A DNA stretch of 64,000 nucleotides from an uncultured Gemmatimonadales bacterium (lineage in GTDB: Bacteria; Gemmatimonadota; Gemmatimonadetes; Gemmatimonadales; GWC2-71-9), in assembly GCA_963828735.1 (NCBI GenBank), contig CAWHFW010000005.1, forward strand, positions 1,056,001 through 1,120,000. The letters run 5' to 3'. Positions 51,542 to 61,973 of this stretch are shown piece after piece. Below the pieces are notes generated by a model that was not told where the DNA came from, did not search any database, and worked only from the letters and a program-made list of their open reading frames with translations. Made by a program: the position numbers and the translations under genes. Numbering within the stretch: the stretch's first letter is position 1; every line of letters starts with the position of its first letter.

Positions 51542-52453
51542 CTACGCCCGCGGGTGCGCCTGGTTGTACACCTTCTTGAGCCGCTCCACGCTGGTGTGCG
51601 TGTACACCTGCGTCGTGCTCAGCGACGCATGGCCGAGCAGCTCCTGCACGGCGCGGAGATCGGCGCCCGCGTCCAGCATGTGCGTGGCGAAGGTGTGCCG
51701 GAGCGAGTGCACGCGAAGGGTGTCGCCGCCGACGGCGTCGAACATCGCGTGGATGGCCCGCTGCACGCCGCGCGGCCCGAGACGCCGCCCGTGCCGGCTC
51801 ACGAACACCGCGCGCCGATCGCCACCGGGCCGCTCGACGAGCGCTTCCCGGTGGTTAAGATAGCGCCGCAGTGCGTGGACCGCCCGAGCGCCCACGGGCA
51901 CGATCCGCTCCTTCCGGCCCTTCCCTCGCACCTTGGCCTGATCGGACAGGAGGTCGAGGTCCTCGAGGTTCATGCCGCTCAGCTCCGAGAGCCGGATTCC
52001 CGTGGAGTAGAACAGCTCGAGCATCGCCAGATCGCGGGTGGCCGCGAACTCGTCGTCGGCCGCGCGGGCCTCCGCCCACTCGAAGAGCGCCTGCGTCTGG
52101 GCGCGGTCCATGTACGTCGGGAGCCGTTTGTCGAGCTTCGGCATCCGCGCCGCGCGGGCGATGTTGGCGGTGACGCCGTGATGCTCCTGCAGGTAGCGGT
52201 ACAGGCTCCGCACCGCCGAGAGCGCTCGCGCTGCCGACCGCTTCGAGAGCCCGCGCCGCTGCAGCTCGCCGAGGAACCCGCGGACACCGAGTCGGTCCAC
52301 GGTGGTCCAGCTCCACTGGCCCGCGTAATGGCGGTCGCAGAAGTCGGTGAAGGCCTCGAGATCGCGGGTGTAGGCCTTGATCGTGTTCGGCGACTGGCCG
52401 CGCTGCTTGTCGAGATGGGTCAGGAATTCGGTGACCGCCGCCGCGGGGCTCAC
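51542..52453 (-). CDS. xerC: Tyrosine recombinase XerC
   Basis: [33 protein letters not shown]; topA-trmFO-xerC-hslVU synteny. Confidence 0.92.
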   Translation of the reverse strand: MSPAAAVTEFLTHLDKQRGQSPNTIKAYTRDLEAFTDFCDRHYAGQWSWTTVDRLGVRGFLGELQRRGLSKRSAARALSAVRSLYRYLQEHHGVTANIARAARMPKLDKRLPTYMDRAQTQALFEWAEARAADDEFAATRDLAMLELFYSTGIRLSELSGMNLEDLDLLSDQAKVRGKGRKERIVPVGARAVHALRRYLNHREALVERPGGDRRAVFVSRHGRRLGPRGVQRAIHAMFDAVGGDTLRVHSLRHTFATHMLDAGADLRAVQELLGHASLSTTQVYTHTSVERLKKVYNQAHPRA

Positions 52454-53748
52454 CGGACCTCCTCCAGGAACTTCCCGAACTCCGACTGCGCCCGCTCGAC
52501 CAGCAGGGCCTTCTTCCGGTCCTTCTTGACCTTGCCCGGCAGCGGATCGAGCAGCCCGAAGTTTGCGTTCATCGGCTGGAAATGCTGCGGATCCGCCTCC
52601 CGCAGGTAGCGGTACAGCCCACCCAGCATCGTGGTCGGCGGGGGCACCGCCGGCGGCCTGCCGGCCAGGCGCCGGGCCAGGTTGATGCCCGCCAGCAGTC
52701 CGGTGCCCAGCGACTCGGTGTAGCCCTCGACGCCGGTGATCTGACCGGCGAAGAACAGCCGGTCGTCGTCGCGCGCGGTGAGCGCCGGCCCCAGGCTGGC
52801 CGGACTGTTGAGGTACGAGTTGCGGTGGATGCTGCCGAACCGGAGATACTCGGCCTGCTCGAGACCGGGGATCATCTGGAACACGCGCTGCTGCTCGGGA
52901 ATCCGGAGCCGCGTCTGGAAACCAACCAGGTTCCACATCTGGCCCGCCCGGTCCTCGCGCCTGAGCTGCACGACCGCGTGCGGCTCGCGGCCGGTGCGCG
53001 GGTCCGGGAGGCCCACAGGCTTCATCGGTCCGAACCGCAGCGTCTCTCGCCCGCGGCGCGCCATCTCCTCGACCGGCAGGCAGCCCTCGAAATAGGGCAC
53101 CTGGTCGAAGTCGTGGCCGTGGTGCTGATCGGCCTCGAGCAGCGCGTCGATGAACTGCTCGTAGCCCTGACCGTCCATCGGCGCGTTCAGATAGTCGTCG
53201 CCTTCGCCCTTGCCGTATCGGGACAGTGCATAGAGTCGCTCGTGATCGAGCGAGTCGGACGAGACGACCGGAGCGATCGCGTCGTAGAACGCGAGCGCCG
53301 CCGACCCGAGCCGCGCGACGATCGCCTCGGTGAGCCTGGGCGAGGTGAGCGGGCCGGTCGCCACGACGCCCGGGGAGGGCAGCTCGCCCGCTTCCTCGCG
53401 CATCACCGTGATGTTCGGATGCGACGTGACCCGGTCGTGCACCGCCTGCGAGAAGAGCTCGCGATCCACGGCCAGCGCCGTTCCGCCGGGTACGCGCGCG
53501 CCATCGGCGCACGGGAGCAACAGGCTGCCGAGCGCCCGCAGCTCCGCCTTGAGCAGCCCGTGCGCGTTGGTGAGGTCGATCGATTTGAAGGAATTGCTGC
53601 AGACGAGCTCGGCGAGACGATCCGTGTGATGCGCCGGCGTCTTCACGGCCGGGCGCATCTCGTACAGCGTCACCTGGACGCCGCGCTCCGCGAGCGCCCA
53701 GGCGGCCTCCGAGCCGGCGAGACCGCCGCCGACGACGGTGGCGTTCAC
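52450..53748 (-). CDS. trmFO: tRNA m5U54 methyltransferase TrmFO
   Basis: GGGLAGSEAAW, ELVCSNS, YFEGCLP, GQITGVEGY, FQPMNANFG. Confidence 0.96.
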   Translation of the reverse strand: MNATVVGGGLAGSEAAWALAERGVQVTLYEMRPAVKTPAHHTDRLAELVCSNSFKSIDLTNAHGLLKAELRALGSLLLPCADGARVPGGTALAVDRELFSQAVHDRVTSHPNITVMREEAGELPSPGVVATGPLTSPRLTEAIVARLGSAALAFYDAIAPVVSSDSLDHERLYALSRYGKGEGDDYLNAPMDGQGYEQFIDALLEADQHHGHDFDQVPYFEGCLPVEEMARRGRETLRFGPMKPVGLPDPRTGREPHAVVQLRREDRAGQMWNLVGFQTRLRIPEQQRVFQMIPGLEQAEYLRFGSIHRNSYLNSPASLGPALTARDDDRLFFAGQITGVEGYTESLGTGLLAGINLARRLAGRPPAVPPPTTMLGGLYRYLREADPQHFQPMNANFGLLDPLPGKVKKDRKKALLVERAQSEFGKFLEEVR

Positions 53749-56135
53749 GCCAGCGCCACCTCCTCTGGCTCGGCGAGCACGATCTTGTGGCCGCACTTGA
53801 GGCAGGTCCGGGTCTCGCCCTCGGCCTTGCTGACCTTCTTCTCCATCCCCACCCACCCGCACTCGGGGCAGGTGTCCGGCACCGGCCGGTTCCAGGTGGA
53901 GAAGTCACAGGCCGGATACCGCACGCAGCCCCAGAACGACTTGCCCCGCTTCGTGCGCCGCTCGGCGAGATCGCCCTCGATGCACTTGGGGCACTTGATC
54001 CCGAGCGGGATGGCGCGGGTGCCCTTGCAGGCGGGGTACGTCGTGCACGCGAGGAACTCGCCGAACCGTCCGGTCTTGATGACCATGGGAGAGCCGCACA
54101 GGTGGCACTTCTCGTCGGTCGGCCGGTCGGGGGCGCGCGCCTTCCGCAGGGACTTCACGTAGTCGCACGTGTCCTTGTACTTCACGCACGCGAGATACGG
54201 CCCGAAGCGTCCGGTCTTGAGCTCGATCGCCGACCCGCACTTGGGGCACCGCTCCTTGGCCAGGTCCTCCGGCTTGAGGCCGTGCGCATCGGCGACCAGG
54301 GCGTTCAGGTCCACCGACTCGAGCGCCTTGCTGAACGGACTGTAGAAGTCCTTGAGCACCCGCTGCCAGGCCAGCTCGCCTTCCTCGACGCGGTCCAGCT
54401 CGGTCTCCATCTCCGAGGTGAACTCGACGTTGAAGATCTCGGGGAACTTGCCCACCATGATCTTTTCGACCGTCTCGCCCAGCTCGGTGGGGAAAAATCG
54501 CCGCTGCTCGACCTTCACGTACTCGCGCGCGCTGAGCGTCGAGATGATGGCGCTGTAGGTGGACGGCCGGCCGATACCGAGCCGCTCGAGCTCCTTCACC
54601 AGGCTGGCTTCCGAGAAGCGCGGCGGCGGCTCGGTGAAGTGCTGCGAGGGCGTGATCTCCCGAACCTCCACCCGGTCGCCCTGCGCCAGCGGCGGGATCG
54701 GCGGGAGGTCGTCCATCGTCTTGCCCTCCTCCTTCTCACGGCCCTCCGTGTAGAGCACGTGGTACCCGTCGAACACGAGCACCGAGCCAGTGGCGCGGAA
54801 GAGGTACTGGCCGAGGTCGAAGTCCACGATGGTCATGTCGTAGACGGCCGGCGTCATCTGCGAGGCGACGAACCGCTGCCAGATGAGCTGGTAGAGCCGG
54901 AATTGGTCGGGCTCGAGGTACGACTGGACCTGCTCGGGCCGGCGGCGCACATCCGTCGGCCGAATGGCCTCGTGGGCGTCCTGCACCCGGGCGTTCTTCC
55001 GGGAGCTGTAGGTATTCGGCGCGGCGGGCAGGTACGGCTTCTTGTAGTTCGATCCGATGAAATCGCGGACCGAGGCGATGGCCGTGTCGGACACCCGCAC
55101 CGAGTCGGTCCGCATGTAGGTGATCAGACCGACGGGGCCGTCCTCGCCGACGTCCATGCCCTCGTAGAGATCCTGCGCCGCGCGCATCGTGCGCCGCGAG
55201 CTGAAGCCGAGCTTCTTGGCGGCCTCCTGCTGCAGCGTGCTGGTGGTGAAGGGCGCGCCGGGATTCTTCCGGCGGTTCCGCTTCTCGACCTTGGTGACCA
55301 CGAACGGCAGCTGTCGCACCGCGTCCACCACGGCCTGCGCGTCCTCGGCGGAGTGGAGCTGCGGCTTGTGGCCCCCGATCTTGGCGAGCGACGCCTCGAA
55401 GGTCTGGCCGTCCTTGGCGCAGAGCGCGTCGATGCTCCAGTACTCCTGGGGCGTGAACGCCCGGATCTCGCGCTCGCGCTCGACGATGAGCCGGAGGGCG
55501 ACGGTCTGGACCCGCCCCGCGGAGAGGCCGGTCTTGATGCTACGCCAGAGGATCGGGCTCGCCTTGTAGCCCACCAGCCGGTCGAGGATCCGCCGCGCCT
55601 GCTGCGCGTTCACCTTGCGGTCGTCGATCTGGCCCGGATTCTCCATCGCTTCGTGGATGGCGTCCTTGGTGATCTCGTGGAACAACACCCGGTGCGTCGG
55701 CGCCTTGGAGGCGAGCTGGTCGGCGACGTGCCACGCGATCGCCTCGCCTTCGCGATCGGGGTCGGTGGCGAGGTAGATGGTGGAGGCCGTCTTCGCGGCC
55801 TTCTTGAGCTCGGAGAGCGTCTTGGTCTTGCCCTTGATGGTGACGTACTTCGGCTCGAAGTCCCGCTCCACATCCACGCCGAGCTCGCGGGTCGGCAGGT
55901 CCCGCAGGTGGCCGACGGTGGCCCTCACGTCGTAGCCGCTACCGAGGTACTTGCCGATCGTCTTGGCCTTGGTGGGCGACTCGACGATCACGAGCGCGGT
56001 CCCCTGGCCGCCGGCCCGCGCCCGGGGCTTGGCCGCCTTGGCGCCGCCCTTCTTGGCGGGCGCCGGGGCCTTTTCCGCCTTCCCGGCCGCGGCGGATTGG
56101 GGGGACTTCACTGATCGCTTGGATCTGGTCGCCAT
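53745..56135 (-). CDS. topA: DNA topoisomerase I
   Basis: IVESPTKA, DPDREGE, SAGRVQ, ITYMRTD, C-terminal Zn ribbons. Confidence 0.98.
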   Translation of the reverse strand: MATRSKRSVKSPQSAAAGKAEKAPAPAKKGGAKAAKPRARAGGQGTALVIVESPTKAKTIGKYLGSGYDVRATVGHLRDLPTRELGVDVERDFEPKYVTIKGKTKTLSELKKAAKTASTIYLATDPDREGEAIAWHVADQLASKAPTHRVLFHEITKDAIHEAMENPGQIDDRKVNAQQARRILDRLVGYKASPILWRSIKTGLSAGRVQTVALRLIVEREREIRAFTPQEYWSIDALCAKDGQTFEASLAKIGGHKPQLHSAEDAQAVVDAVRQLPFVVTKVEKRNRRKNPGAPFTTSTLQQEAAKKLGFSSRRTMRAAQDLYEGMDVGEDGPVGLITYMRTDSVRVSDTAIASVRDFIGSNYKKPYLPAAPNTYSSRKNARVQDAHEAIRPTDVRRRPEQVQSYLEPDQFRLYQLIWQRFVASQMTPAVYDMTIVDFDLGQYLFRATGSVLVFDGYHVLYTEGREKEEGKTMDDLPPIPPLAQGDRVEVREITPSQHFTEPPPRFSEASLVKELERLGIGRPSTYSAIISTLSAREYVKVEQRRFFPTELGETVEKIMVGKFPEIFNVEFTSEMETELDRVEEGELAWQRVLKDFYSPFSKALESVDLNALVADAHGLKPEDLAKERCPKCGSAIELKTGRFGPYLACVKYKDTCDYVKSLRKARAPDRPTDEKCHLCGSPMVIKTGRFGEFLACTTYPACKGTRAIPLGIKCPKCIEGDLAERRTKRGKSFWGCVRYPACDFSTWNRPVPDTCPECGWVGMEKKVSKAEGETRTCLKCGHKIVLAEPEEVALA

Positions 56136-56297
56136 GAGGACAGTATGCCTGCTGAGGTCATCGAATGGTCAACGTCGGTGGCTGCAAGAAATCGACGCCG
56201 CCCGAACGACGCAAGGCGGCGCTTCGTAAGCCATTACGCTACAGCACGTTAATATCTGGACGCAACGACGGAACACGGCGGCGGGGCCTTCGTCGGT

Positions 56298-56819
56298 CTA
56301 CCATCCTCCGTGCACACGCGCCAGGCGAATCACGTCCTCCGCCACGGCCGCGGCGTCCTTCACGTCCGTGGCCACCTCATAATCAGCGAGCTTGTAGTAC
56401 GGTTCCCGGGCCGCCAGCAGGGCGAGGACCCGTTCGACCGGATCTGCCGCGCCCGTGACCAGAGGCCGGACCTCGCCTTGCTCGCTCCGGCGCGCGGCCA
56501 CAGCCGCGGCGCACTTGAGATATATAAGGAGGCTCTCGGAGCGGGACTCGCCCATCTCGCCAGGCTGGGCCGCCCACCCCCCACCGGGAACGATCACGGC
56601 GGGCTCACGCGCCCGGGCCGTCTTGACCGCATCCCGCTCCATGGCCCGGAAGCGGGGCTCGCCTACCATGCCGAAGATCTGGGCGATCGGCATCCCCATC
56701 TGCCGGACCAGGATGAGGTCGATGTCGAGCAGGGGCGCTTCGAGCCCGTCGGCCACGAGCTTGCCGACCGTGCTCTTCCCGACACCGGGGAGGCCCACCA
56801 GCACCACGTGACGTCGCAT
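56298..56819 (-). CDS. aroK: Shikimate kinase
   Basis: GLPGVGKST, GEPRFRAME, PGGG, RPL; next to aroC. Confidence 0.9.
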   Translation of the reverse strand: MRRHVVLVGLPGVGKSTVGKLVADGLEAPLLDIDLILVRQMGMPIAQIFGMVGEPRFRAMERDAVKTARAREPAVIVPGGGWAAQPGEMGESRSESLLIYLKCAAAVAARRSEQGEVRPLVTGAADPVERVLALLAAREPYYKLADYEVATDVKDAAAVAEDVIRLARVHGGW

Positions 56820-56820
56820 G

Positions 56821-58050
56821 TCAGTCTCGCGCCGCTTCCCGGAGCGCCGCCCAGCGGGCACCGAGCGCCGCGAGGTAACCGTCGTAGTTGCGACGCATCT
56901 CGACCAGGGAGTCACCGCCGAATTTTTCCAGCATCGCGTCCGCCAGCACGATGGCGGTGACCGCCTCCGCGATGACGCCCAGCGCCGGCACCGCGGTCAC
57001 GTCCGAGCGCTCGCTCTGCGCGTTGGCGGCCTGACCCGTGGCGAGGTCTACGGTGGGCAGCGGCGACATCAGGGTGCTGATCGGCTTCATGGCGACCCGG
57101 ATCACGAGCGGCTCACCGGTGGTGATGCCGCCCTCCAGACCGCCCGCATTGTTGCTCCGACGGCGGAAGCCGGCACGCGGATCGCCGGCGGACGGGGGTG
57201 GAGCGCTCGAGGCGGCATCGATGGGATCGTGCACCGCGGACCCTGGCCGCCGCGCCGCCTGGACGCCGAGGCCGATCTCGACGGCCTTGACCGCCGGGAT
57301 CGACATCAGCGCGCCCGCCAGGCGTCCATCGAGCTTCCGGTCCCACGCCACGTGGCTGCCGAGACCCACGACCACGCCGCGCGCGATCACCTCGACCTCG
57401 CCGCCCAGCGTGTCGCCGGCCTTCTTCGCCGTGTCGATCCGGCGCACGATTTCGGCCTCGACGGCTGGGTCGAGCACGCGGATCTCGGAGCGATCGGCCG
57501 CGCCGTTGAGGGGCACGGGCAGCTCGCTCGGCGGCGCCGCCATGACTCCACCGAGCGAGACCACGTGGCTCCCGATCTCCACCCCGAATTCATCGAGTAG
57601 CCGCCGGGCGAGCGCGCCAGCCGCCACGCGCGCGGTGGTCTCGCGAGCGCTCGCGCGCTCGAGAATGTCGCGGGCGTCCACCCGATCGTACTTGAGCACG
57701 CCGACCAGGTCCGCGTGGCCGGGCCGCGGGCGCGTGACGCGCCGGCGGCGGAGCTCGCCGGGCTCCGCGGCCTCGGGGGCCATCACGTCCTCCCAGTTGG
57801 CCCAGTCGCGGTTCGGGATCAGCATGGCCACAGGCGAGCCCAGCGTCTCGCCGGCGCGGACCCCGGACAGCCACTCCACCCGGTCGCTCTCGATCTTCAT
57901 GCGCGCGCCGCGGCCGTAGCCCTGCATCCGGCGGAGGAGATCCCGGTCCACCCACTCGGCGCTGACGGGCAATCCGGCGGGCAGCCCCTCGACCAGGGCC
58001 ACCAGGGCCTTGCCGTGTGATTCGCCGGCGGTGGAGAATCGCAGATGCAC
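56821..58050 (-). CDS. aroC: Chorismate synthase
   Basis: TAGESHG, PRPGHAD, ERASARET, NNAGGLEGG, ERSD. Confidence 0.97.
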   Translation of the reverse strand: MHLRFSTAGESHGKALVALVEGLPAGLPVSAEWVDRDLLRRMQGYGRGARMKIESDRVEWLSGVRAGETLGSPVAMLIPNRDWANWEDVMAPEAAEPGELRRRRVTRPRPGHADLVGVLKYDRVDARDILERASARETTARVAAGALARRLLDEFGVEIGSHVVSLGGVMAAPPSELPVPLNGAADRSEIRVLDPAVEAEIVRRIDTAKKAGDTLGGEVEVIARGVVVGLGSHVAWDRKLDGRLAGALMSIPAVKAVEIGLGVQAARRPGSAVHDPIDAASSAPPPSAGDPRAGFRRRSNNAGGLEGGITTGEPLVIRVAMKPISTLMSPLPTVDLATGQAANAQSERSDVTAVPALGVIAEAVTAIVLADAMLEKFGGDSLVEMRRNYDGYLAALGARWAALREAARD

Positions 58051-58147
58051 CTTTCTCCCCTCGCGCCCGGAGGGTGGGAGAACGAACGAGCCCGGCCTGC
58101 GCCGGGCTCGTTCCCGTCGTGGTGCTCGGTCGGTGCCGCGCGGGCGG

Positions 58148-59935
58148 CTACTGGTCCGAGGCGCCGTCGTCGGTAATCCGGGGCGTGACCAAGATAATGA
58201 GGTCGCGCCGATTTTCCTGATCGCTGCTGAAGCTGAACAGCTTGCCCACGATCGGGAGGCCTCCCAGGAGAGGGATGCCCGTCCTGGTCTTGGTGACCTG
58301 GGTAACCGTCAGGCCGCCGATGACCGCGGTCTCGCCGTCCTCGACGAGGAGCTGGTTATCGGCCTTCTGCTTCTGGAAGATGAAGCCAAGGTCCGCCGCG
58401 GCCAGCGGCTGGATCGCCGAGCGCTCCGTGTGGAGCTGCATCAGGACCTGCCGGTTGTTGGTGACGTGCGGGGTGACCGTGAGACGGATACCGGTCTCCT
58501 TGAACTGCACGTTGGCCTTGGCCTGCCCGCCGGCGCCGGACGACGCGTCGATGACGCGGACCGGCGTCTCCTCACCCACGAGGATGTCGGCCTGGCGGTT
58601 GTCGAGCGTCGAGATGACCGGCTCCGCCTGGATGTCGGCGAGGTCGGTGCGCTCGAGCGCGCTCAGGAAGCTCGTCAGGCTGAAGCCGCCGATGGCCGTG
58701 GAGAAGACCAGGTCGAGGGCCGAGCCGGTGATGGTGGCGTCCGCGTTGCCGATCGCCGAGAGCGAATTGCCGCCGAGATCGATGACGTTGACTTCCGGCT
58801 TGAAGGGATCGCCGGTCGCCGGATCGGTGCGCTGGACCAGCTTGTTGAAGAACTGGGTCTTGCTGCCCAGGTCGTACTTGAGCCCGAGCTGCTCGATGTC
58901 GGTCCGGTCCACGAAGATGATCTTGGCCTGGATCGAGAGCTGCGGAGTGCGCACGTCGAGCCCGCGCACGAAGTCGGTGACGTTCTGGATCCGGCTCCGC
59001 GTCTCGGTGAGGATGAGCGCGTTGGAGCCCGTGTCGGCCACGACGCGGCCGCGGTTCTTGGTCAGGATGCTCTCGACCGTCTTGGCGAGCGAGGAGGCCT
59101 GGGCGTAGTTGATCCGGACGATGCTGGTCTCGAGCGGCTCGAGCGAGTCGAGCGCGGCGAGCGCCACCGGCGAGTCCACCCGGATGATCCCGCCCGGCAT
59201 CTCCTGCGCGGAGAGGCCCTGGGTGGCGAGGATGGCCTGGAAGGCCTGCGGCCACGGCTGGTTCTTGATCTCGGCGTTGACTTCGCCCTTGATGTCCTTG
59301 CCGAGGATGATGGTGCGACCGCTGAAGGCGGCGAAGCCGGACACCACGTCGGCGATGCTGGCGCGGTCCCAGGTGACGGTGATCCGAGCCTCGTCGGCGC
59401 GGGTGAGCAGCGCGGCGCTCCGCACGCCCACCTCGGGCTTCCGCGCCGGCGCGAGGACCGGAGCTGGAGCCTCATCGGCCGCATCGGCGACCTGCGCGGC
59501 CCTGGCGGCGGTGGTGGACGACCAGGCCTGGAAGCCCTCGCCCGATTCGAAAGTGACGCGCACGGCGTCGGCCGAGCGGTCCACCTTGTAGGTCTGCGGC
59601 CCGTCGAGATCCACGACGATCCGCACGACGTCCGGGCGGAACTGCGAGTAGCGGAGGTTGAGCACCTTGCCCCGCTTCACGCCGTCGTAGAGGCTCGCGG
59701 TGGTCGAGCGCAGCGTGGCGCCGACCACGTCGAGCACCAGCCGGTCGGGCGAGCTGAGCAGGAAGTCGCGGACGTCCACGGCGCCGCGCACGGCGACGAC
59801 GATCTCGGTTTTGCCGGCGGCCGGCGCCAGGCTCACGGCGGTCACCTCTCCGCTTCCGGGCCCATCGGCCCGCATCGGAGCCGCAGTCCCGAGGACCGCA
59901 GCGGCGACCAGCATCCAGCGATACATACCCGTCAT
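58148..59935 (-). CDS. pilQ: Type IV pilus secretin (AMIN plus secretin)
   Basis: Signal peptide; PDRLVLD; GETAVIGGL, IPLLGGLPIVGKLF, VTPRI. Confidence 0.92.
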   Translation of the reverse strand: MTGMYRWMLVAAAVLGTAAPMRADGPGSGEVTAVSLAPAAGKTEIVVAVRGAVDVRDFLLSSPDRLVLDVVGATLRSTTASLYDGVKRGKVLNLRYSQFRPDVVRIVVDLDGPQTYKVDRSADAVRVTFESGEGFQAWSSTTAARAAQVADAADEAPAPVLAPARKPEVGVRSAALLTRADEARITVTWDRASIADVVSGFAAFSGRTIILGKDIKGEVNAEIKNQPWPQAFQAILATQGLSAQEMPGGIIRVDSPVALAALDSLEPLETSIVRINYAQASSLAKTVESILTKNRGRVVADTGSNALILTETRSRIQNVTDFVRGLDVRTPQLSIQAKIIFVDRTDIEQLGLKYDLGSKTQFFNKLVQRTDPATGDPFKPEVNVIDLGGNSLSAIGNADATITGSALDLVFSTAIGGFSLTSFLSALERTDLADIQAEPVISTLDNRQADILVGEETPVRVIDASSGAGGQAKANVQFKETGIRLTVTPHVTNNRQVLMQLHTERSAIQPLAAADLGFIFQKQKADNQLLVEDGETAVIGGLTVTQVTKTRTGIPLLGGLPIVGKLFSFSSDQENRRDLIILVTPRITDDGASDQ

Positions 59936-60576
59936 GGCGTCTCGACCTCCTGCTTGCGCAGCGAGAGAGTTTCCTGGCGCTCGTACCCGAAGTCTGCGAT
60001 CATGAACACCGCGTCACGGGACCGGATCTGCACCAGCCGCGAGCGGCCCAGCTGGTCTCCCACCCGCATCTTGTGGCGCTTCCCGTCCGTGCCCTTCTCC
60101 CGCAGCACGATGACGTTGTTGGTCGGCGTCCGGAGATCGAGGTAGACGCCCACGAGGTCGAGATCGGAGATCTCGGGCCCGGTCGAGTCCTTGTTGATCA
60201 GCGAGGTGAACGGGTCGCGCGTGCCGCCCGCGTAGGCGAACGTCTCGCGCATGACCTCGATTTCCCGCGAGCGCTGCACCGAATCGGCCAGCGCGGCCTC
60301 GACCTGCGCGAGCGTGTCGGCGCCCGCCGGCTTGGGCGTGACCCCCGCGGTGGCGGCGAGCGACGTCTCGGACGTCGTATCGGCAGCCGGCGCGGCTTCG
60401 GCCGCGGCGGCAATCTGCTGGTCGCGCGCCTTGGCCAGACTATCGGTACGCGCGCGCACCTTGGTGACCTGCGCCTGGGCGGCCGCGGCGGCCTTGGCCT
60501 CGACGGCCTCGCCGCCGCAGGCGGCCACCGTCGTCAGGGCGAGCAGCGCGACCCCGAACCACGCGTTACGTGCCAC
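59932..60576 (-). CDS. PilP-like lipoprotein
   Basis: Lipobox VAAC; RDPF motif; lies between pilO and pilQ. Confidence 0.75.
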   Translation of the reverse strand: MARNAWFGVALLALTTVAACGGEAVEAKAAAAAQAQVTKVRARTDSLAKARDQQIAAAAEAAPAADTTSETSLAATAGVTPKPAGADTLAQVEAALADSVQRSREIEVMRETFAYAGGTRDPFTSLINKDSTGPEISDLDLVGVYLDLRTPTNNVIVLREKGTDGKRHKMRVGDQLGRSRLVQIRSRDAVFMIADFGYERQETLSLRKQEVETP

Positions 60577-61204
60577 TGGCCTCTCCCTCCGCGCTCGCGG
60601 ACTTGACGTACGTACGGATCTGGAACTTGGCCTCGAGCAGCGAGCCGCTCGTGTCGTTCATGGCCTTGGCCGCGTTGCTGTTGGCGGCCGTGACCGACAA
60701 CTCGTAGGGGGCGATGATCCGCTGCAGACTCGCCACGTCGGCCAGGAACTGACCGATCTCGTCGTAGTGCCCGATGACGGACATGTTGTACTTGTAGGTA
60801 TCGAACGGCGCCGGACCCGGCTCGACCGGCAGCGGCACCACCTGGGACAGCGTCACGCCGCGGATCTTGCTCCGGGTCGAGATGTCGTCCAGCAGGTTGG
60901 GCACCTCGTTCCGCTCGGGCACCAGGCGGCGGAGCAGCGCGAGGCTGCCGCGATACGTGTCGAGCCGCTTGCGCAGGTCCTCGACGGTGCCCTTGGCCAG
61001 CTCCTTCTTGGCGCTGTCGGTGGCGGCGTCCAGACGAGCGATCGTGTCGCGCATCGCCACTACCTGCTCCTTGCGCGCCTGGAGTCCCGAGACCCCGAGC
61101 GACTCGACCACGGAGCCGGTGTAGGCCATGTAGCCCACCACCCCGGCGAGCACGGCCACGAGGACCGGCGCGGACTTCTGCGAAGACGAAGACAAGGAGG
61201 CCAT
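60566..61204 (-). CDS. pilO: Type IV pilus assembly protein PilO
   Basis: TM, coiled coil, LVPERNEVPNLL, GHYDEIGQF. Confidence 0.88.
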   Translation of the reverse strand: MASLSSSSQKSAPVLVAVLAGVVGYMAYTGSVVESLGVSGLQARKEQVVAMRDTIARLDAATDSAKKELAKGTVEDLRKRLDTYRGSLALLRRLVPERNEVPNLLDDISTRSKIRGVTLSQVVPLPVEPGPAPFDTYKYNMSVIGHYDEIGQFLADVASLQRIIAPYELSVTAANSNAAKAMNDTSGSLLEAKFQIRTYVKSASAEGEASGT

Positions 61205-61210
61205 GGCTGG

Positions 61211-61948
61211 CTACCTCACCGACTGGCTGAGAGGAACCGTCTTGATGTACGCCGAATCCGCCTGGCGGTACGTGGCGCGAATGGTGAACGCGGTCACCGG
61301 CCGGTCCTTCTCCACCACCGTCTGCGCCGAGACCGGCAGGACGTCGGTGATCCACGGCGAGGCTTCGAGCTGGCGGAGAAACCGGGTGTAGGCCTGGATG
61401 TCCACCGTGCGCCCGTTCACCTCGAACTGCACGGCGATCGGGGCGGCCGGCGCCGCGGAGTCGGGCTTCGCGGCGGGCTTGGCGGCCGCAGCGGCGGCCG
61501 GCGTCGGCGCCGGCGTACCCGGTCGCGAGACGGCACCGGCGGGGCCGAGGTCCACGAGCCAGGTGTAGGCCGGAAGCGCGCGGGTCACCTCGTCGAGCAG
61601 GTGGGGCCAGACGTACCGATCGCCATCCACGCTGCGGATGGTGGTGATCTGGGCGACCAGCGAGTCCCGAACCGATTCCTGATGCCGCTTCTCGCTGAGG
61701 AAGGCCTTGAACCGCTTGTTCTCGGCGCGGCTCTGCTCCAGCTGCGGCGTCACCGCGTTGAGCTCGTGCGCCGTGCCGACGAAGACGAATCCGAGCCAGC
61801 CGAGCACCCCGACCCAGCTCACGACGGCGACGAGCAGGAGGGGATCCTTGATCTTGCTGCCCAGCCCGCGCAGGCCGTCGAGCGACCCGGCGAAGGACTT
61901 CCGGGCGCGCTTGCGCTTGAGGTCGGGGCGGAGATTGACGGTGATCAT
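61211..61948 (-). CDS. pilN: Type IV pilus assembly protein PilN
   Basis: MITVNL, TM, LLDEVTRALP..TWL, QLEASP. Confidence 0.88.
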   Translation of the reverse strand: MITVNLRPDLKRKRARKSFAGSLDGLRGLGSKIKDPLLLVAVVSWVGVLGWLGFVFVGTAHELNAVTPQLEQSRAENKRFKAFLSEKRHQESVRDSLVAQITTIRSVDGDRYVWPHLLDEVTRALPAYTWLVDLGPAGAVSRPGTPAPTPAAAAAAKPAAKPDSAAPAAPIAVQFEVNGRTVDIQAYTRFLRQLEASPWITDVLPVSAQTVVEKDRPVTAFTIRATYRQADSAYIKTVPLSQSVR

Positions 61949-61973
61949 CGGTCGTCGTGTCCCTGGGTCGGGG

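Noticed and set aside
51542..52453. xerC as the island's own integrase
   Set aside because: It sits in the housekeeping topA-trmFO-xerC-hslVU context about 28 kb away; it could only act in trans
53787..56114. Long antisense ORFs (also 32378..34453, 41304..43640, 58010..60145)
   Set aside because: Shadow frames of high-GC genes on the opposite strand, with no motifs
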